Program-made: the position numbers and the translations under genes
DNA from: a virus
Direction: 5' to 3' (one strand)
DNA length: 64,000 bases
Virus record (IMG/VR): IMGVR_UViG_3300036770_005084
Location: 91,232-155,231 of that record
The notes under the pieces: generated by a model
Seen by the model: only the letters and a program-made list of their open reading frames with translations
Told to the model about the DNA's origin: nothing
The model's database searches: none
Shown here: piece after piece, positions 1 to 9,555 of the stretch
Layout of the letters: each line of letters begins with the position of its first letter
How positions within the stretch are numbered: position 1 is the stretch's first letter

Positions 1-92
1 TTTCATGAAATTTTTCTTTAGACCTTACTTTATTTACACCATAACTTCTTGAAAATGATGACATTATAAAATGCCAACATTTAATTTTAGAA

Positions 93-287
93 TCATTGTC
101 CTTTTTCATTTTTATGAATCCAGGTTTTTAGTTCTGAAATATATTCTCTAAGTATTTGTGCTTTTTTTAAATGCCACTCATCACCATCTTTTAAATATTC
201 TTGAGTATGATTGTCTATTGCTTTTAGTATATTATGTATCGGGGAATTCCATCCTTCACGTATAGGAGTGTTCCATTCTCGGGGCAT
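93..287 (-). CDS. hypothetical cyanophage protein
   Basis: 64-aa ORF; minus-strand ATAAATA-like late promoter element at about 309-315. Confidence 0.6.
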   Translation of the reverse strand: MPREWNTPIREGWNSPIHNILKAIDNHTQEYLKDGDEWHLKKAQILREYISELKTWIHKNEKGQ

Positions 288-328
288 ATATTTTTCAGGA
301 ACTATTTTTATTTATTTCTTAGTGATAA

Positions 329-336
329 TATAAATA
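329..336 (+). promoter_or_regulatory. T4-type late promoter (TATAAATA)
   Basis: exact T4 gp55 consensus about 25 nt upstream of the ATG at 361. Confidence 0.65.
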
Positions 337-360
337 CAAAAAATATAAAATTAATTTACA

Positions 361-780
361 ATGAATCCTAAGTATAAAATACGAATAAATGAGATAACTA
401 GATTAGAGTCATTCGATACTCTAAGTGATATTATTGTGAGAGTGGAGGTTTTTGTCCAAGCATATATAGAAGAGAATTCATCTATTTCCACTTCTCGGGT
501 CTTTGTAATTGACTTTTCTGAAGAAGATTATAATTTTGATAATTTTGTATCATATACTAACGTAGATTCGGACTTAATTATTTCTTGGATTGTAAGTAAA
601 TATAATGTTTCTTCATTTGAAGAACTTCCAATAGTTAAGTCTATAACTGAAGAACTTTCTGAAGTTTTTTCTAGATATGAAAATAAAATTATCGAAACTG
701 TTAACTGGAATGTTAATCTTGATAAAGTTACTATTAAAGAGGAAATTGGAATTTCAACTGGTACTCTAGGAGAGGTATGA
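361..780 (+). CDS. hypothetical protein (paralogue of 782..1150)
   Basis: 139-aa acidic ORF; shares a F-x-x-Y-x-x-V...W motif with the next ORF. Confidence 0.7.
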   Translation: MNPKYKIRINEITRLESFDTLSDIIVRVEVFVQAYIEENSSISTSRVFVIDFSEEDYNFDNFVSYTNVDSDLIISWIVSKYNVSSFEELPIVKSITEELSEVFSRYENKIIETVNWNVNLDKVTIKEEIGISTGTLGEV

Positions 781-781
781 T

Positions 782-1150
782 ATGGAAGATATAAAATACC
801 AAATTGAATTAAAAGAAGTTAAATATAGAAATCAATATAATAATTGTGAAAAATTTATAGAATCCATTCTTGGAAAAGTTACTGTTACTTCTATTTCTTG
901 TCCGGAAATAGTTTATGAAAAAAAGATAAATGTTAAGTTTGATCCTGAAAATTTTAATTCAGAATCATTTATTCCATATGAAGAAGTAGATTTAGATACT
1001 TTTGTCAATTGGATGATTGCTTTAGATGGTGAAGCAGATACAATTGAGCAGGTTGAAATAGTTAGGAATGGAATTGAATATGTTCAAAACTGTATTTCCA
1101 AAAGATTGAGTTCTGAAACTGAGACTAAGGATTGGGTTATTTCTAATTAG
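782..1150 (+). CDS. hypothetical protein (paralogue of 361..780)
   Basis: 122 aa; FIPYEEVDLDTFVNW versus FVSYTNVDSDLIISW. Confidence 0.7.
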   Translation: MEDIKYQIELKEVKYRNQYNNCEKFIESILGKVTVTSISCPEIVYEKKINVKFDPENFNSESFIPYEEVDLDTFVNWMIALDGEADTIEQVEIVRNGIEYVQNCISKRLSSETETKDWVISN

Positions 1151-1164
1151 ATCTTGGAGAGGGG

Positions 1165-1198
1165 TTGACAGAAAAGTTAGGATATGCTAACATAAATA
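1165..1198 (+). promoter_or_regulatory. psbA promoter: sigma70-type TTGACA-N17-TAACAT (extended TG) overlapping a late ATAAATA element
   Basis: TTGACA 1165-1170, TAACAT 1188-1193, ATAAATA 1192-1198. Confidence 0.7.
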
Positions 1199-1264
1199 AG
1201 TGTTAAGGAATGTTTCTTTTCCTTAACAATACATATCCCTCAACTACTCGGAGTATTTAAATCT

Positions 1265-2344
1265 ATGACTGCAACTATCGCCCAACAGCGGAGTAGCAAC
1301 ACTTGGGAGCAATTTTGCGAGTGGGTCACTTCAACCGATAATCGTCTGTATGTCGGTTGGTTTGGAACTCTAATGATTCCAACCCTTCTTGCTGCTACTA
1401 TTTGCTTCATCGTTGCTTTTATTGCTGCACCTCCCGTCGATATTGACGGTATCCGTGAACCAGTTGCTGGTTCACTCATGTATGGAAACAACATCATTTC
1501 TGGTGCTGTTGTTCCTTCATCCAATGCTATTGGACTTCACTTCTATCCCATCTGGGAAGCTGCTTCTCTTGACGAGTGGCTATATAATGGTGGACCATTC
1601 CAACTGGTCGTCTTCCACTTTCTGATTGGTATCTATGCCTACATGGGTCGTGAATGGGAACTATCTTACCGACTGGGTATGCGTCCTTGGATTTGTGTTG
1701 CCTACTCAGCACCCGTTGCTGCTGCTAGTGCAGTTTTCCTGGTCTATCCCTTCGGTCAAGGATCCTTCTCTGATGCGATGCCTCTGGGGATTTCGGGAAC
1801 TTTCAACTACATGCTTGTTTTCCAGGCAGAACACAACATTCTTATGCATCCTTTCCACATGCTGGGAGTTGCTGGTGTCTTCGGTGGTTCTCTTTTCTCT
1901 GCTATGCATGGATCTCTTGTCACCTCTAGTCTTGTACGTGAGACTACAGAAAATGAGTCTCAGAACTATGGATACAAGTTTGGACAAGAAGAAGAGACCT
2001 ACAACATTGTAGCTGCTCACGGTTATTTTGGTCGTCTTATTTTCCAATATGCTTCCTTCAATAACTCACGTTCACTGCACTTCTTCCTTGCTGCTTGGCC
2101 TGTAGTTGGTATCTGGTTTGCTGCTCTTGGTGTTAGCACCATGGCATTCAACCTCAACGGTTTCAACTTCAACCAGTCCCTGCTGTCTTCTGACGGTCGT
2201 GTAGTCAACACTTGGGCAGACATCCTCAATCGTGCAAATCTTGGATTTGAAGTAATGCACGAACGAAATGCTCATAACTTCCCTCTCGATCTTGCTGCTG
2301 CTGATAGCACTCCTGTTGCTCTTACCGCACCTGCAATCGGTTGA
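1265..2344 (+). CDS. psbA: photosystem II reaction centre protein D1
   Basis: unmistakable D1 sequence ([31 protein letters not shown]); uninterrupted. Confidence 0.99.
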   Translation: MTATIAQQRSSNTWEQFCEWVTSTDNRLYVGWFGTLMIPTLLAATICFIVAFIAAPPVDIDGIREPVAGSLMYGNNIISGAVVPSSNAIGLHFYPIWEAASLDEWLYNGGPFQLVVFHFLIGIYAYMGREWELSYRLGMRPWICVAYSAPVAAASAVFLVYPFGQGSFSDAMPLGISGTFNYMLVFQAEHNILMHPFHMLGVAGVFGGSLFSAMHGSLVTSSLVRETTENESQNYGYKFGQEEETYNIVAAHGYFGRLIFQYASFNNSRSLHFFLAAWPVVGIWFAALGVSTMAFNLNGFNFNQSLLSSDGRVVNTWADILNRANLGFEVMHERNAHNFPLDLAAADSTPVALTAPAIG

Positions 2345-2371
2345 TATAAAATTGAATAATTGATATACGTT

Positions 2372-2396
2372 AGAGGGTGTAACAACCCTCTTTTTT
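2372..2396 (+). terminator. intrinsic terminator after psbA
   Basis: AGAGGGT-gtaaca-ACCCTCT stem followed by a T-run. Confidence 0.8.
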
Positions 2397-2428
2397 ATTT
2401 TTATACATAATGAGGTTGCTTTTTATCC

Positions 2429-2590
2429 ATGAAAACATTAACATTTACAGAAGATCAGATTAAACTTCTTGCTGATGCGGTTTGGATGCGTCAGAGATGT
2501 TTTATTGCCGGAGATAAAAGATTCAAAGAATATGGAGTAATGCTGGAAGATATTCTTTTAGATCTTGAGTATACTCCATCCCGGTATTGA
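2429..2590 (+). CDS. small hypothetical protein (53 aa, not in ORF track)
   Basis: MKTLTFTEDQIKLLADAVWMRQRCFIAGDKRFKEYG...; read manually. Confidence 0.55.
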   Translation: MKTLTFTEDQIKLLADAVWMRQRCFIAGDKRFKEYGVMLEDILLDLEYTPSRY

Positions 2591-2591
2591 A

Positions 2592-2729
2592 ATGATTACA
2601 TCTGAAACATCTTATAAACTTGCAGAGATTATTAGAGATACTTTTCCAAATCTTTACAGAAAACCTCAAGTGACCTATAATAATCAAAAGTCTTTAAATA
2701 ATGAACGAATATTGGATTGTAACAGATAA
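2592..2729 (+). CDS. small hypothetical protein (45 aa, not in ORF track)
   Basis: MITSETSYKLAEIIRDTFPNLYRK...; starts 1 nt after the previous stop. Confidence 0.45.
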   Translation: MITSETSYKLAEIIRDTFPNLYRKPQVTYNNQKSLNNERILDCNR

Positions 2730-2973
2730 TAGAACCGGAAGAGTTATCTCACATTGTGGAGATATTACCGATGCAATTATGATGGTGGGATTTGATCCCA
2801 ATCATAGAACCTATAGTCGGCATCGTTATATTATGGACCAAGTAATTGACATTACTTCCACAACCGATAAACAACTTCCCGGTCAAATTGGGTTGCCATT
2901 AGGGAAAATAGATTCTCTTAATTCATATAAAGAAAAACTTCCTGATAGGATGGAAGAACCTTTTATTCCATAA
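2701..2973 (+). CDS. hypothetical cyanophage protein
   Basis: 90-aa ORF. Confidence 0.65.
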   Translation: MNEYWIVTDNRTGRVISHCGDITDAIMMVGFDPNHRTYSRHRYIMDQVIDITSTTDKQLPGQIGLPLGKIDSLNSYKEKLPDRMEEPFIP

Positions 2974-2992
2974 TATTAATATTATATTCACT

Positions 2993-3970
2993 ATGCATTT
3001 AGCAAAATTAGCATTGGATAATGGTGGAGTACTTAAACCACTAATTATTCCTTCATCATTAACTTCTGGGACAGGATTGATGAATCCATCAATTTTGATT
3101 GATGATGGAAAAATTTTAGTAAATATTCGTCACGTAAATTATACCTTTTATCATTCTGAAGAGAAATTATATCAACATCAGTGGGGTCCATTGACGTATA
3201 TACATCCTGAGCATGATATGCATCTTAGGACCTGGAATTGGTATTGTGAGTTAGATTCTGAATTCAATATCACTAGATATCATAAAGTTGATACTTCAAA
3301 GTTTGATACTTATGAACCACTTTGGGATTTTGTTGGTCTTGAAGATGCTAGAATTTTTAAATGGGAAGGAAAACTATATCTTTCTGGAGTAAGAAGAGAC
3401 ACTACAACTAATGGTCAGGGAAGAATGGAACTTTCTGAAATTGTAGTTGGTGATGGTGTCAAGGAAGTTTCTAGGGTTAGAATTCAACCTCCAAATGATC
3501 CAAATTCATACTGTGAGAAAAATTGGATGCCCATTATGGATAAACCATATCATTATGTTAAGTGGACAAGTCCAACTGAAGTTGTAAAAGTAAATCCAGA
3601 AACTGGTGAGTCTGAGACAGTAGTTAAATCTAATTATATTCAGTTTTCAAGAGACTTACGAGGAGGTTCTCAGGTAGTAAAGTATGGAGATTATTATATT
3701 GCGGTTACTCACGAAGTAGAATTTCTTGAAAGTGAAGTTGGGAGAAAAGATGCAAAATATTTACATAGGTTCATAGTTTGGGATAGAGATTTTAATATCT
3801 TTGCTTATTCTAGAGATTTTTCTTTCATGAATGCTCACGTTGAATTTTGTGTAGGACTTCAAATTTTAAATGATGATTTTATCTTTACTTTTGGGTATCA
3901 AGATAATGGTGCATACATACTAAAGTGTCCATCTTATGTTGTAGTTGATTTTTTAAATGGAAAATATTAA
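2993..3970 (+). CDS. five-bladed beta-propeller glycosidase/glycosylase-like protein (GH130/GH43-like)
   Basis: MNPSI, GLEDARI, EKNWMP and LRGGS motifs. Confidence 0.6.
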   Translation: MHLAKLALDNGGVLKPLIIPSSLTSGTGLMNPSILIDDGKILVNIRHVNYTFYHSEEKLYQHQWGPLTYIHPEHDMHLRTWNWYCELDSEFNITRYHKVDTSKFDTYEPLWDFVGLEDARIFKWEGKLYLSGVRRDTTTNGQGRMELSEIVVGDGVKEVSRVRIQPPNDPNSYCEKNWMPIMDKPYHYVKWTSPTEVVKVNPETGESETVVKSNYIQFSRDLRGGSQVVKYGDYYIAVTHEVEFLESEVGRKDAKYLHRFIVWDRDFNIFAYSRDFSFMNAHVEFCVGLQILNDDFIFTFGYQDNGAYILKCPSYVVVDFLNGKY

Positions 3971-5456
3971 GTTGATAGATTGCTTTCCATATTTCAATGA
4001 AAAGGAAATATTGGAACTTAGAATTAAATTGCTTTATGATTACGTAGATAAGTTTGTAATTACCGAAGCAAATCAAACTCATTCTGGTCTTCCAAAGGAA
4101 TATACTTGCCATGAAGTATTAAAAAGTATAGATGACCCATTAAATAAAATTGAATTAGTACAGATTGATTTTTCCGAAAAGAATAATTTTGATCATTGGA
4201 AAAGGGAAAGAGTACAAAGGGATGCAGTTCTCCAAATCTTACATACTTTTGATGATGACTGTTTATTCTATTTTGGTGATTGTGATGAAATTTTAAATCC
4301 AAATCATATTGCTTGGATATGTGATATTGCTAGACAAAATCCAATGAATATCCTGCGTACACCACTCGCATTTTTAAATTGTAGAGCAGACCTTAGAGTT
4401 TTTGATGAGTATGACAATCCAATTATTTGGAGGTGTCCATACATAGCATCAAAAATGCACTTGGGCAAATACACACCATCACAAATTAGAGAATCTTCAG
4501 CACTATCTGGGAGCATAGAAACTTCTGACTTGGGAAGATATGTTAGTTTTCCGGATATTACTATAACTTGTAATGATATTGAAGTTATTCTTGGTTGGCA
4601 TTTTGCTTGGATGGGTGATAATGAAAGGAGAAAAATAAAGTGTAAATCATATCTTCATTATCATGATGAAGTTTCTAATTCTGTGGCACCACTTAATAGT
4701 GCTGAGATGATGAATTTTATGGAAATATACCGTGCAGAAAATGGTGCAACAGATCCTTTAGGTAGAAATAATCATATCCTAAAGAAGTATGATGTTAGTT
4801 TACTTCCAGATTTAATTTTATCTGAGAAAAAATTTAGAGATTTCTTTATTCCAGAAAATCAGTATGAAACTATACTTGAATTGCTTCAGAATAATCCAGA
4901 AATAAGCACAGATAAAAATTCAATAAAGTATTATGATAAATCTTTAGAATGGGATTTTATGCAATATCATAGTTATATTGATAATTTTTATAATGAAGAA
5001 TTTAAAAAATATAAAAATAAAAATATAAGTCTATGCGAAATTGGAATTGATACTGGAGGTTCTATTGCGATTTGGAGTAAGTATTTCCCAGATTCAAATA
5101 TAATTGGTATAGATAACAATACTTCTAGACTAAAAGATGAGTATAAATCTTACAACTTTGATAATGTTAGATATATCATTGATAATGCTTATGATTCGGA
5201 TTTAGTCAAATCTCTTCCCAACTTTGATATTATTATTGATGATGGACCACATACTTTTGAATCCCAAAAAGAATTTATTCAATTATATTCTTCAAAATTA
5301 AATCCTGGAGGAGTAATGATTATTGAAGATGTTAAATCTATTGACTATATTGAAGAATTTAATAAGATCCTTATGCCTGGATATACTTCTGAATTTATCG
5401 ACCTTACAGTAACTGATAATTTATATGATAGTATTCTTTACATTATTCGAAAATGA
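3957..5456 (+). CDS. glycosyltransferase family 17-like domain fused to a class I SAM-dependent methyltransferase
   Basis: N-term DCFPYFNE..LELRI..L...VDKFVI.E...THSG..K, DCDEI, GWHF; C-term EIGIDTGGS, DIIIDDGPH, GGVMIIED. Confidence 0.75.
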   Translation: MENIKLIDCFPYFNEKEILELRIKLLYDYVDKFVITEANQTHSGLPKEYTCHEVLKSIDDPLNKIELVQIDFSEKNNFDHWKRERVQRDAVLQILHTFDDDCLFYFGDCDEILNPNHIAWICDIARQNPMNILRTPLAFLNCRADLRVFDEYDNPIIWRCPYIASKMHLGKYTPSQIRESSALSGSIETSDLGRYVSFPDITITCNDIEVILGWHFAWMGDNERRKIKCKSYLHYHDEVSNSVAPLNSAEMMNFMEIYRAENGATDPLGRNNHILKKYDVSLLPDLILSEKKFRDFFIPENQYETILELLQNNPEISTDKNSIKYYDKSLEWDFMQYHSYIDNFYNEEFKKYKNKNISLCEIGIDTGGSIAIWSKYFPDSNIIGIDNNTSRLKDEYKSYNFDNVRYIIDNAYDSDLVKSLPNFDIIIDDGPHTFESQKEFIQLYSSKLNPGGVMIIEDVKSIDYIEEFNKILMPGYTSEFIDLTVTDNLYDSILYIIRK

Positions 5457-6184
5457 GTATTGTATTATATTGTAATTGCTACAAACAAAAGACTCCATAT
5501 AGAATTCAGCAAAATCAAAAAAATTTAATGTTGGGATCATCTCAATATACATCTAAATTGAAGGATGAATTAATTTCTGAAGGATATATTTTAGATGATA
5601 TTGGAGATAATATTTCTCATTTAAATAAATGGTTTGGGCAAAGTTGTGGATTGTATTGGGTATATAAAAATTCTAATGAAGATTTTGTTGGAATGAATAC
5701 TTATAGAATTTTTTGGAATGATTCTGCGATTTCTAATCTTGATGTTAGTGAAAATAAGTTATATGTTCCATCTAAATTTGATGTTAGTGATGATGGAATA
5801 AATTATGAAAATTTGGAAAATCATTTTCGTGTTAGTCATGGCAATGGATCTTACAAAATGCTTATGAACTGTATAAAAAATAATAATATTTTATATACAG
5901 ATTTTAATAATTGGATGAGTCAAAAATTTCTTTATCCATTTTCTATCTTTATTGCTAACAAAAAAATATTTGATAAAATATGTAGTATTTTATTTGAACT
6001 TGCCTTTGACTTTTTTGATACGAATAGGTATACTATATACAACTTTTCAGATCATTATGGACAAATTCGACAAATGGATTTTATTTGTGAAAGAATATTA
6101 CATCTAATATTTAATAATATAGATTATTTTATTCCAAACATAGACATAACAGAAATACCAATCTATCAATATAAACATATTTAA
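5453..6184 (+). CDS. DUF4422-like putative glycosyltransferase
   Basis: DDIGDNISHLN...GLYWVYKN...FVG..YR; R..DFICERI. Confidence 0.6.
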   Translation: MSIVLYCNCYKQKTPYRIQQNQKNLMLGSSQYTSKLKDELISEGYILDDIGDNISHLNKWFGQSCGLYWVYKNSNEDFVGMNTYRIFWNDSAISNLDVSENKLYVPSKFDVSDDGINYENLENHFRVSHGNGSYKMLMNCIKNNNILYTDFNNWMSQKFLYPFSIFIANKKIFDKICSILFELAFDFFDTNRYTIYNFSDHYGQIRQMDFICERILHLIFNNIDYFIPNIDITEIPIYQYKHI

Positions 6185-6195
6185 GATCAATAATT

Positions 6196-7446
6196 ATGAA
6201 TCTACTAGATCAATACTTGGTTAATTATATAAATGAACCAGAACTTCCAGACAATAATTTTCATATTGCAAGATACTATGATCTCATCGGACAAACTGCA
6301 ACAGCAGTTTCTTATTATTTGAGAACGGCAGAAAGAACTAAAGAACCAGAATACCAATATGTATGTTTAATCCTTGCTGCAAAATGTTTTGAACGTCAGG
6401 GTTCTAGAAATTTTACTGTTAAGGGATTATATCAAAATGCTATCACTACTTGCCCCGATCGACCAGAAGCATATTATTTCTTATCTAAGTTTTATGATAA
6501 TGAGAATAAAGATGGTTCTTGGACTGATGCTTATGTAATGGCAAGTATTGGGGTTAATAACTCTAAAGATAAGGTATTTTCACAATTAAAGTGTGAGGTT
6601 GATTACCCTGGTATGCAGGGATTATTATTTCAAAAGGCACATAATGGATGGGTGTGTGGTGTATGCGATGATGCAAGGAATATCTTAAAATATATTCTTA
6701 GGGAATATATTTCAGATAAAAAAATTTGCAGGGATACTTTTAATGAACTAATATCCATAGATAAAAATAATTCATTTGAAGTGTACACAAATGAAAATCA
6801 TTCTAATTTAAAGTATAAATTCACTAACTCTAATATAATTGATAAAAACTTTTCCGAAGCATTTCAAGATATGTTTATTTTGAGTATGCTGGATGGAAAG
6901 ATGAATGGATCATATCTTGAAATTGGTGCTGGTAGTTCCTATTATGGAAGTAATACTGCTTTACTTGAGACTAAATTTAATTGGACTGGAATTGGGTTGG
7001 ATTTATCAGAAGAATTTGTAGAACAACATCGTAACGAAAGGAAAAATCTCTGTTTATTAAAAAATGCTTTAGATATTGATTATGAAGAATTTATTTTGAA
7101 AAATTATAATTCAACAGACATTGATTATCTACAATTAGATTGTGATCCACCAGCAGTTACATATGAAATATTATTAAAAATTCCTTTTGAAAAATTTAGA
7201 TTTTCTGTAATTACATATGAGCATGATTACTATATTGATGAGACTGAATCCTTTAAAGATAAGTCTAGAGAATATTTGAGATCAAAGGGTTATGAATTAG
7301 TTTTGGCAAATGTTGCTCCCAATGAATGGAAGGATTATGAAGATTGGTGGGTGCATCCTGATCTTGTAAATGCGAAGGTATTGACTCAACTAAAAGATAC
7401 TTCAAATAAAATTAAAAAAGCAAAAAACATTTTTGTAGAATTATGA
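6196..7446 (+). CDS. TPR-repeat protein fused to an FkbM-like methyltransferase
   Basis: TPR-like N-term (CPDRPEAYYFL); SEAFQD.F, YLEIGAG...SNT.LLE, IDYLQLDCD, ITYEHD. Confidence 0.7.
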   Translation: MNLLDQYLVNYINEPELPDNNFHIARYYDLIGQTATAVSYYLRTAERTKEPEYQYVCLILAAKCFERQGSRNFTVKGLYQNAITTCPDRPEAYYFLSKFYDNENKDGSWTDAYVMASIGVNNSKDKVFSQLKCEVDYPGMQGLLFQKAHNGWVCGVCDDARNILKYILREYISDKKICRDTFNELISIDKNNSFEVYTNENHSNLKYKFTNSNIIDKNFSEAFQDMFILSMLDGKMNGSYLEIGAGSSYYGSNTALLETKFNWTGIGLDLSEEFVEQHRNERKNLCLLKNALDIDYEEFILKNYNSTDIDYLQLDCDPPAVTYEILLKIPFEKFRFSVITYEHDYYIDETESFKDKSREYLRSKGYELVLANVAPNEWKDYEDWWVHPDLVNAKVLTQLKDTSNKIKKAKNIFVEL

Positions 7447-8081
7447 AAATTACACAAGTACCAGATCCAGAACAAATTTACTTTAGAGTAAATCATAAAC
7501 CAAAACGAAGACCTGCAATGTGGATTGTAGATGATTTTTATGCTGATCCATATGCTGTTAGAGAATATGCATTAAAACAAGAATTTTTTGATGATGAGGG
7601 GTATATTGGTAGAAGAACTAGAAGGCAATTTTTCTTTCCTGGTCTCAAAGAATCTTTTGAAGATATTATGGGAATGACTATAACTGAATGGGAATCTCAT
7701 GGAATGAATGGAAGATTCCAACACAATTGGGCAGGAGAAAAATTGGTATATCATTGCGATGCTCAAAAATGGGCAGGGATGATATACTTGACTCCAGATG
7801 CCCCATTTGAATGCGGAACATCTTTATATGCACATAGAAAAACTAGAGTTCGACATAATTCAGAACCACTAGATGAAGTTTTTCCAGGAAATACCTTTCT
7901 CGATAAAACTCCATATCAAGTCGTAGATGTTGCTGGGAATGTATTTAATAGATTAGTTATTTTCAATGGTGGATGTATTCATGCAGCATCTGAATATTTT
8001 GGGCACTCTTTAGAGAACTGTAGGTTATGGCACATGTTTTTCTTTGATACTTTAGAAGATAATCATAATAGAGATAAATGA
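7443..8081 (+). CDS. 2OG-Fe(II) oxygenase (DUF6445-like)
   Basis: VDDFY.DP..VR; HxD (HCD), IYLTP, NRLVIF, distal His. Confidence 0.75.
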   Translation: MKITQVPDPEQIYFRVNHKPKRRPAMWIVDDFYADPYAVREYALKQEFFDDEGYIGRRTRRQFFFPGLKESFEDIMGMTITEWESHGMNGRFQHNWAGEKLVYHCDAQKWAGMIYLTPDAPFECGTSLYAHRKTRVRHNSEPLDEVFPGNTFLDKTPYQVVDVAGNVFNRLVIFNGGCIHAASEYFGHSLENCRLWHMFFFDTLEDNHNRDK

Positions 8082-8869
8082 ATAAAATTTCAGTTATAGG
8101 TACTGCCGTAGTAAATAGTTCATATTGGGTGTCTAGACTTATAATGAGTATAGATTATCCAGTAGAAAATTTTGTTATTATTAATAATAATGGTAGAGGT
8201 GAACTTGATGACGAGTTAGATTTATTAAAAAGTTTAAACAAAAAATACATTGATAATATCAAAGTTTGTCACATGCCAGCAAATATTGGTTGCTCTGGAG
8301 CATGGAATTTAATAATTAAGTGTTATATGAATTCCCCTTATTGGATTATCGTCAATGACGATGTTTCTTTTGGTCCTGGACTACTAAAGGAGTTTTATGA
8401 TACAATAAGTGAAGACCCAGAAATTGGAATAATACATGCTAATCCTGGTGATTTTAATGTTGGTAGTTGGGACTTATTTTTAATTCGAGATTTTGTAATT
8501 CAAAATTTTGGATTATTTGATGAAAACCTATATCCTGCTTATTGTGAGGATGCGGATTATATTATGAGATTTATTCATAGACCAATAAAAAAAGTTACTT
8601 CTTTATCCTCAATGTATTATCATGGTCATGCAAGTAAAGAAAATTATTATTCACCATCTGGTGGAGGTCAGACTAAAAAAGCAGATCCAAGATTAGAAGA
8701 AATGTTGGATAAAATTAATGAAGTTAATTTTGAATATATGAATTCAAAATGGGGTCCAAATTGGAGAAGTTGTTCACCAACAGTTTACCCATTTAATCAT
8801 GACACTATTCCAATATCATATACATCATATGATTTAAATTATGTTCGTTCAAAAAATTTAGGATTTTAA
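8078..8869 (+). CDS. glycosyltransferase family 2
   Basis: NIGCSGAWN, NDD, GLFDENLYPAYCEDADY. Confidence 0.8.
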   Translation: MNKISVIGTAVVNSSYWVSRLIMSIDYPVENFVIINNNGRGELDDELDLLKSLNKKYIDNIKVCHMPANIGCSGAWNLIIKCYMNSPYWIIVNDDVSFGPGLLKEFYDTISEDPEIGIIHANPGDFNVGSWDLFLIRDFVIQNFGLFDENLYPAYCEDADYIMRFIHRPIKKVTSLSSMYYHGHASKENYYSPSGGGQTKKADPRLEEMLDKINEVNFEYMNSKWGPNWRSCSPTVYPFNHDTIPISYTSYDLNYVRSKNLGF

Positions 8870-8873
8870 AAAT

Positions 8874-9122
8874 ATGAAATTTACTGTATATTCTAAGTAT
8901 GGTTGCCCATACTGTGTTAAGGTACTTTCTCTGCTAAATCAAGTTAGTGTTATGAAGGGAATTCAAGTAGTCGAATATGTACTTGGAACTCACTTTACAA
9001 AAGAAGAATTTTATTCTGAATTTGGTCAAGGTTCTACGTTCCCTCAAGTTATTTGTAATGAAACCCATATTGGGGGATGTTCAGATACTGCTAAGTATTT
9101 AAAAGAACAAAATATCGTATAA
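8874..9122 (+). CDS. nrdC: glutaredoxin
   Basis: CPYC active site, TFPQV, IGGC. Confidence 0.9.
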   Translation: MKFTVYSKYGCPYCVKVLSLLNQVSVMKGIQVVEYVLGTHFTKEEFYSEFGQGSTFPQVICNETHIGGCSDTAKYLKEQNIV

Positions 9123-9301
9123 TGTCTACTATAAATAATGGTGGGTCCTCACAAATAAATCGAGGAGTGGAGTTGTTATTAAGGAAAGAAGTAAAAGTTA
9201 AAAATACGTTTTCAATTTATTTTGAAAAATTATTACTGTTTTTAAATAGAGAGTTGAAAATTTACTTTAATTTTTCCTTTGATTTAAGGAAGCAAAAATA
9301 G
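9122..9301 (+). CDS. small hypothetical protein (59 aa, not in ORF track)
   Basis: MSTINNGGSSQINRGVELLLRK...; fills the gap and overlaps the glutaredoxin stop. Confidence 0.5.
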   Translation: MSTINNGGSSQINRGVELLLRKEVKVKNTFSIYFEKLLLFLNRELKIYFNFSFDLRKQK

Positions 9302-9315
9302 CAAAGGAGAAAACC

Positions 9316-9537
9316 ATGCTAGCAATTACCCTTGTATTTTCAACATTACTTTTTATTATGGCTTTAATTGTTGGAGGGTTATTTGGATGGGTTTACCGAG
9401 AATATATTTGGTCAACACGTCCAGAAAATATGCATCCTGAGTTATTTGATTCTAATGGAAATATTTTACCAGATGAAATAATAGCATTTAGGTTTGAGCA
9501 ATTAAATTCTGATGAAGAGGATTTAGAAGATTATTAA
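9316..9537 (+). CDS. conserved cyanophage membrane protein
   Basis: N-terminal TM helix, HPELFDSNGN motif, AAGGAG SD. Confidence 0.75.
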   Translation: MLAITLVFSTLLFIMALIVGGLFGWVYREYIWSTRPENMHPELFDSNGNILPDEIIAFRFEQLNSDEEDLEDY

Positions 9538-9555
9538 TTAAATGGAGATTAAACT

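Noticed and set aside
1240-2275. Multiple overlapping ORFs within psbA; possible intron
   Set aside because: Shadow frames of a higher-GC conserved gene; the D1 reading frame is continuous
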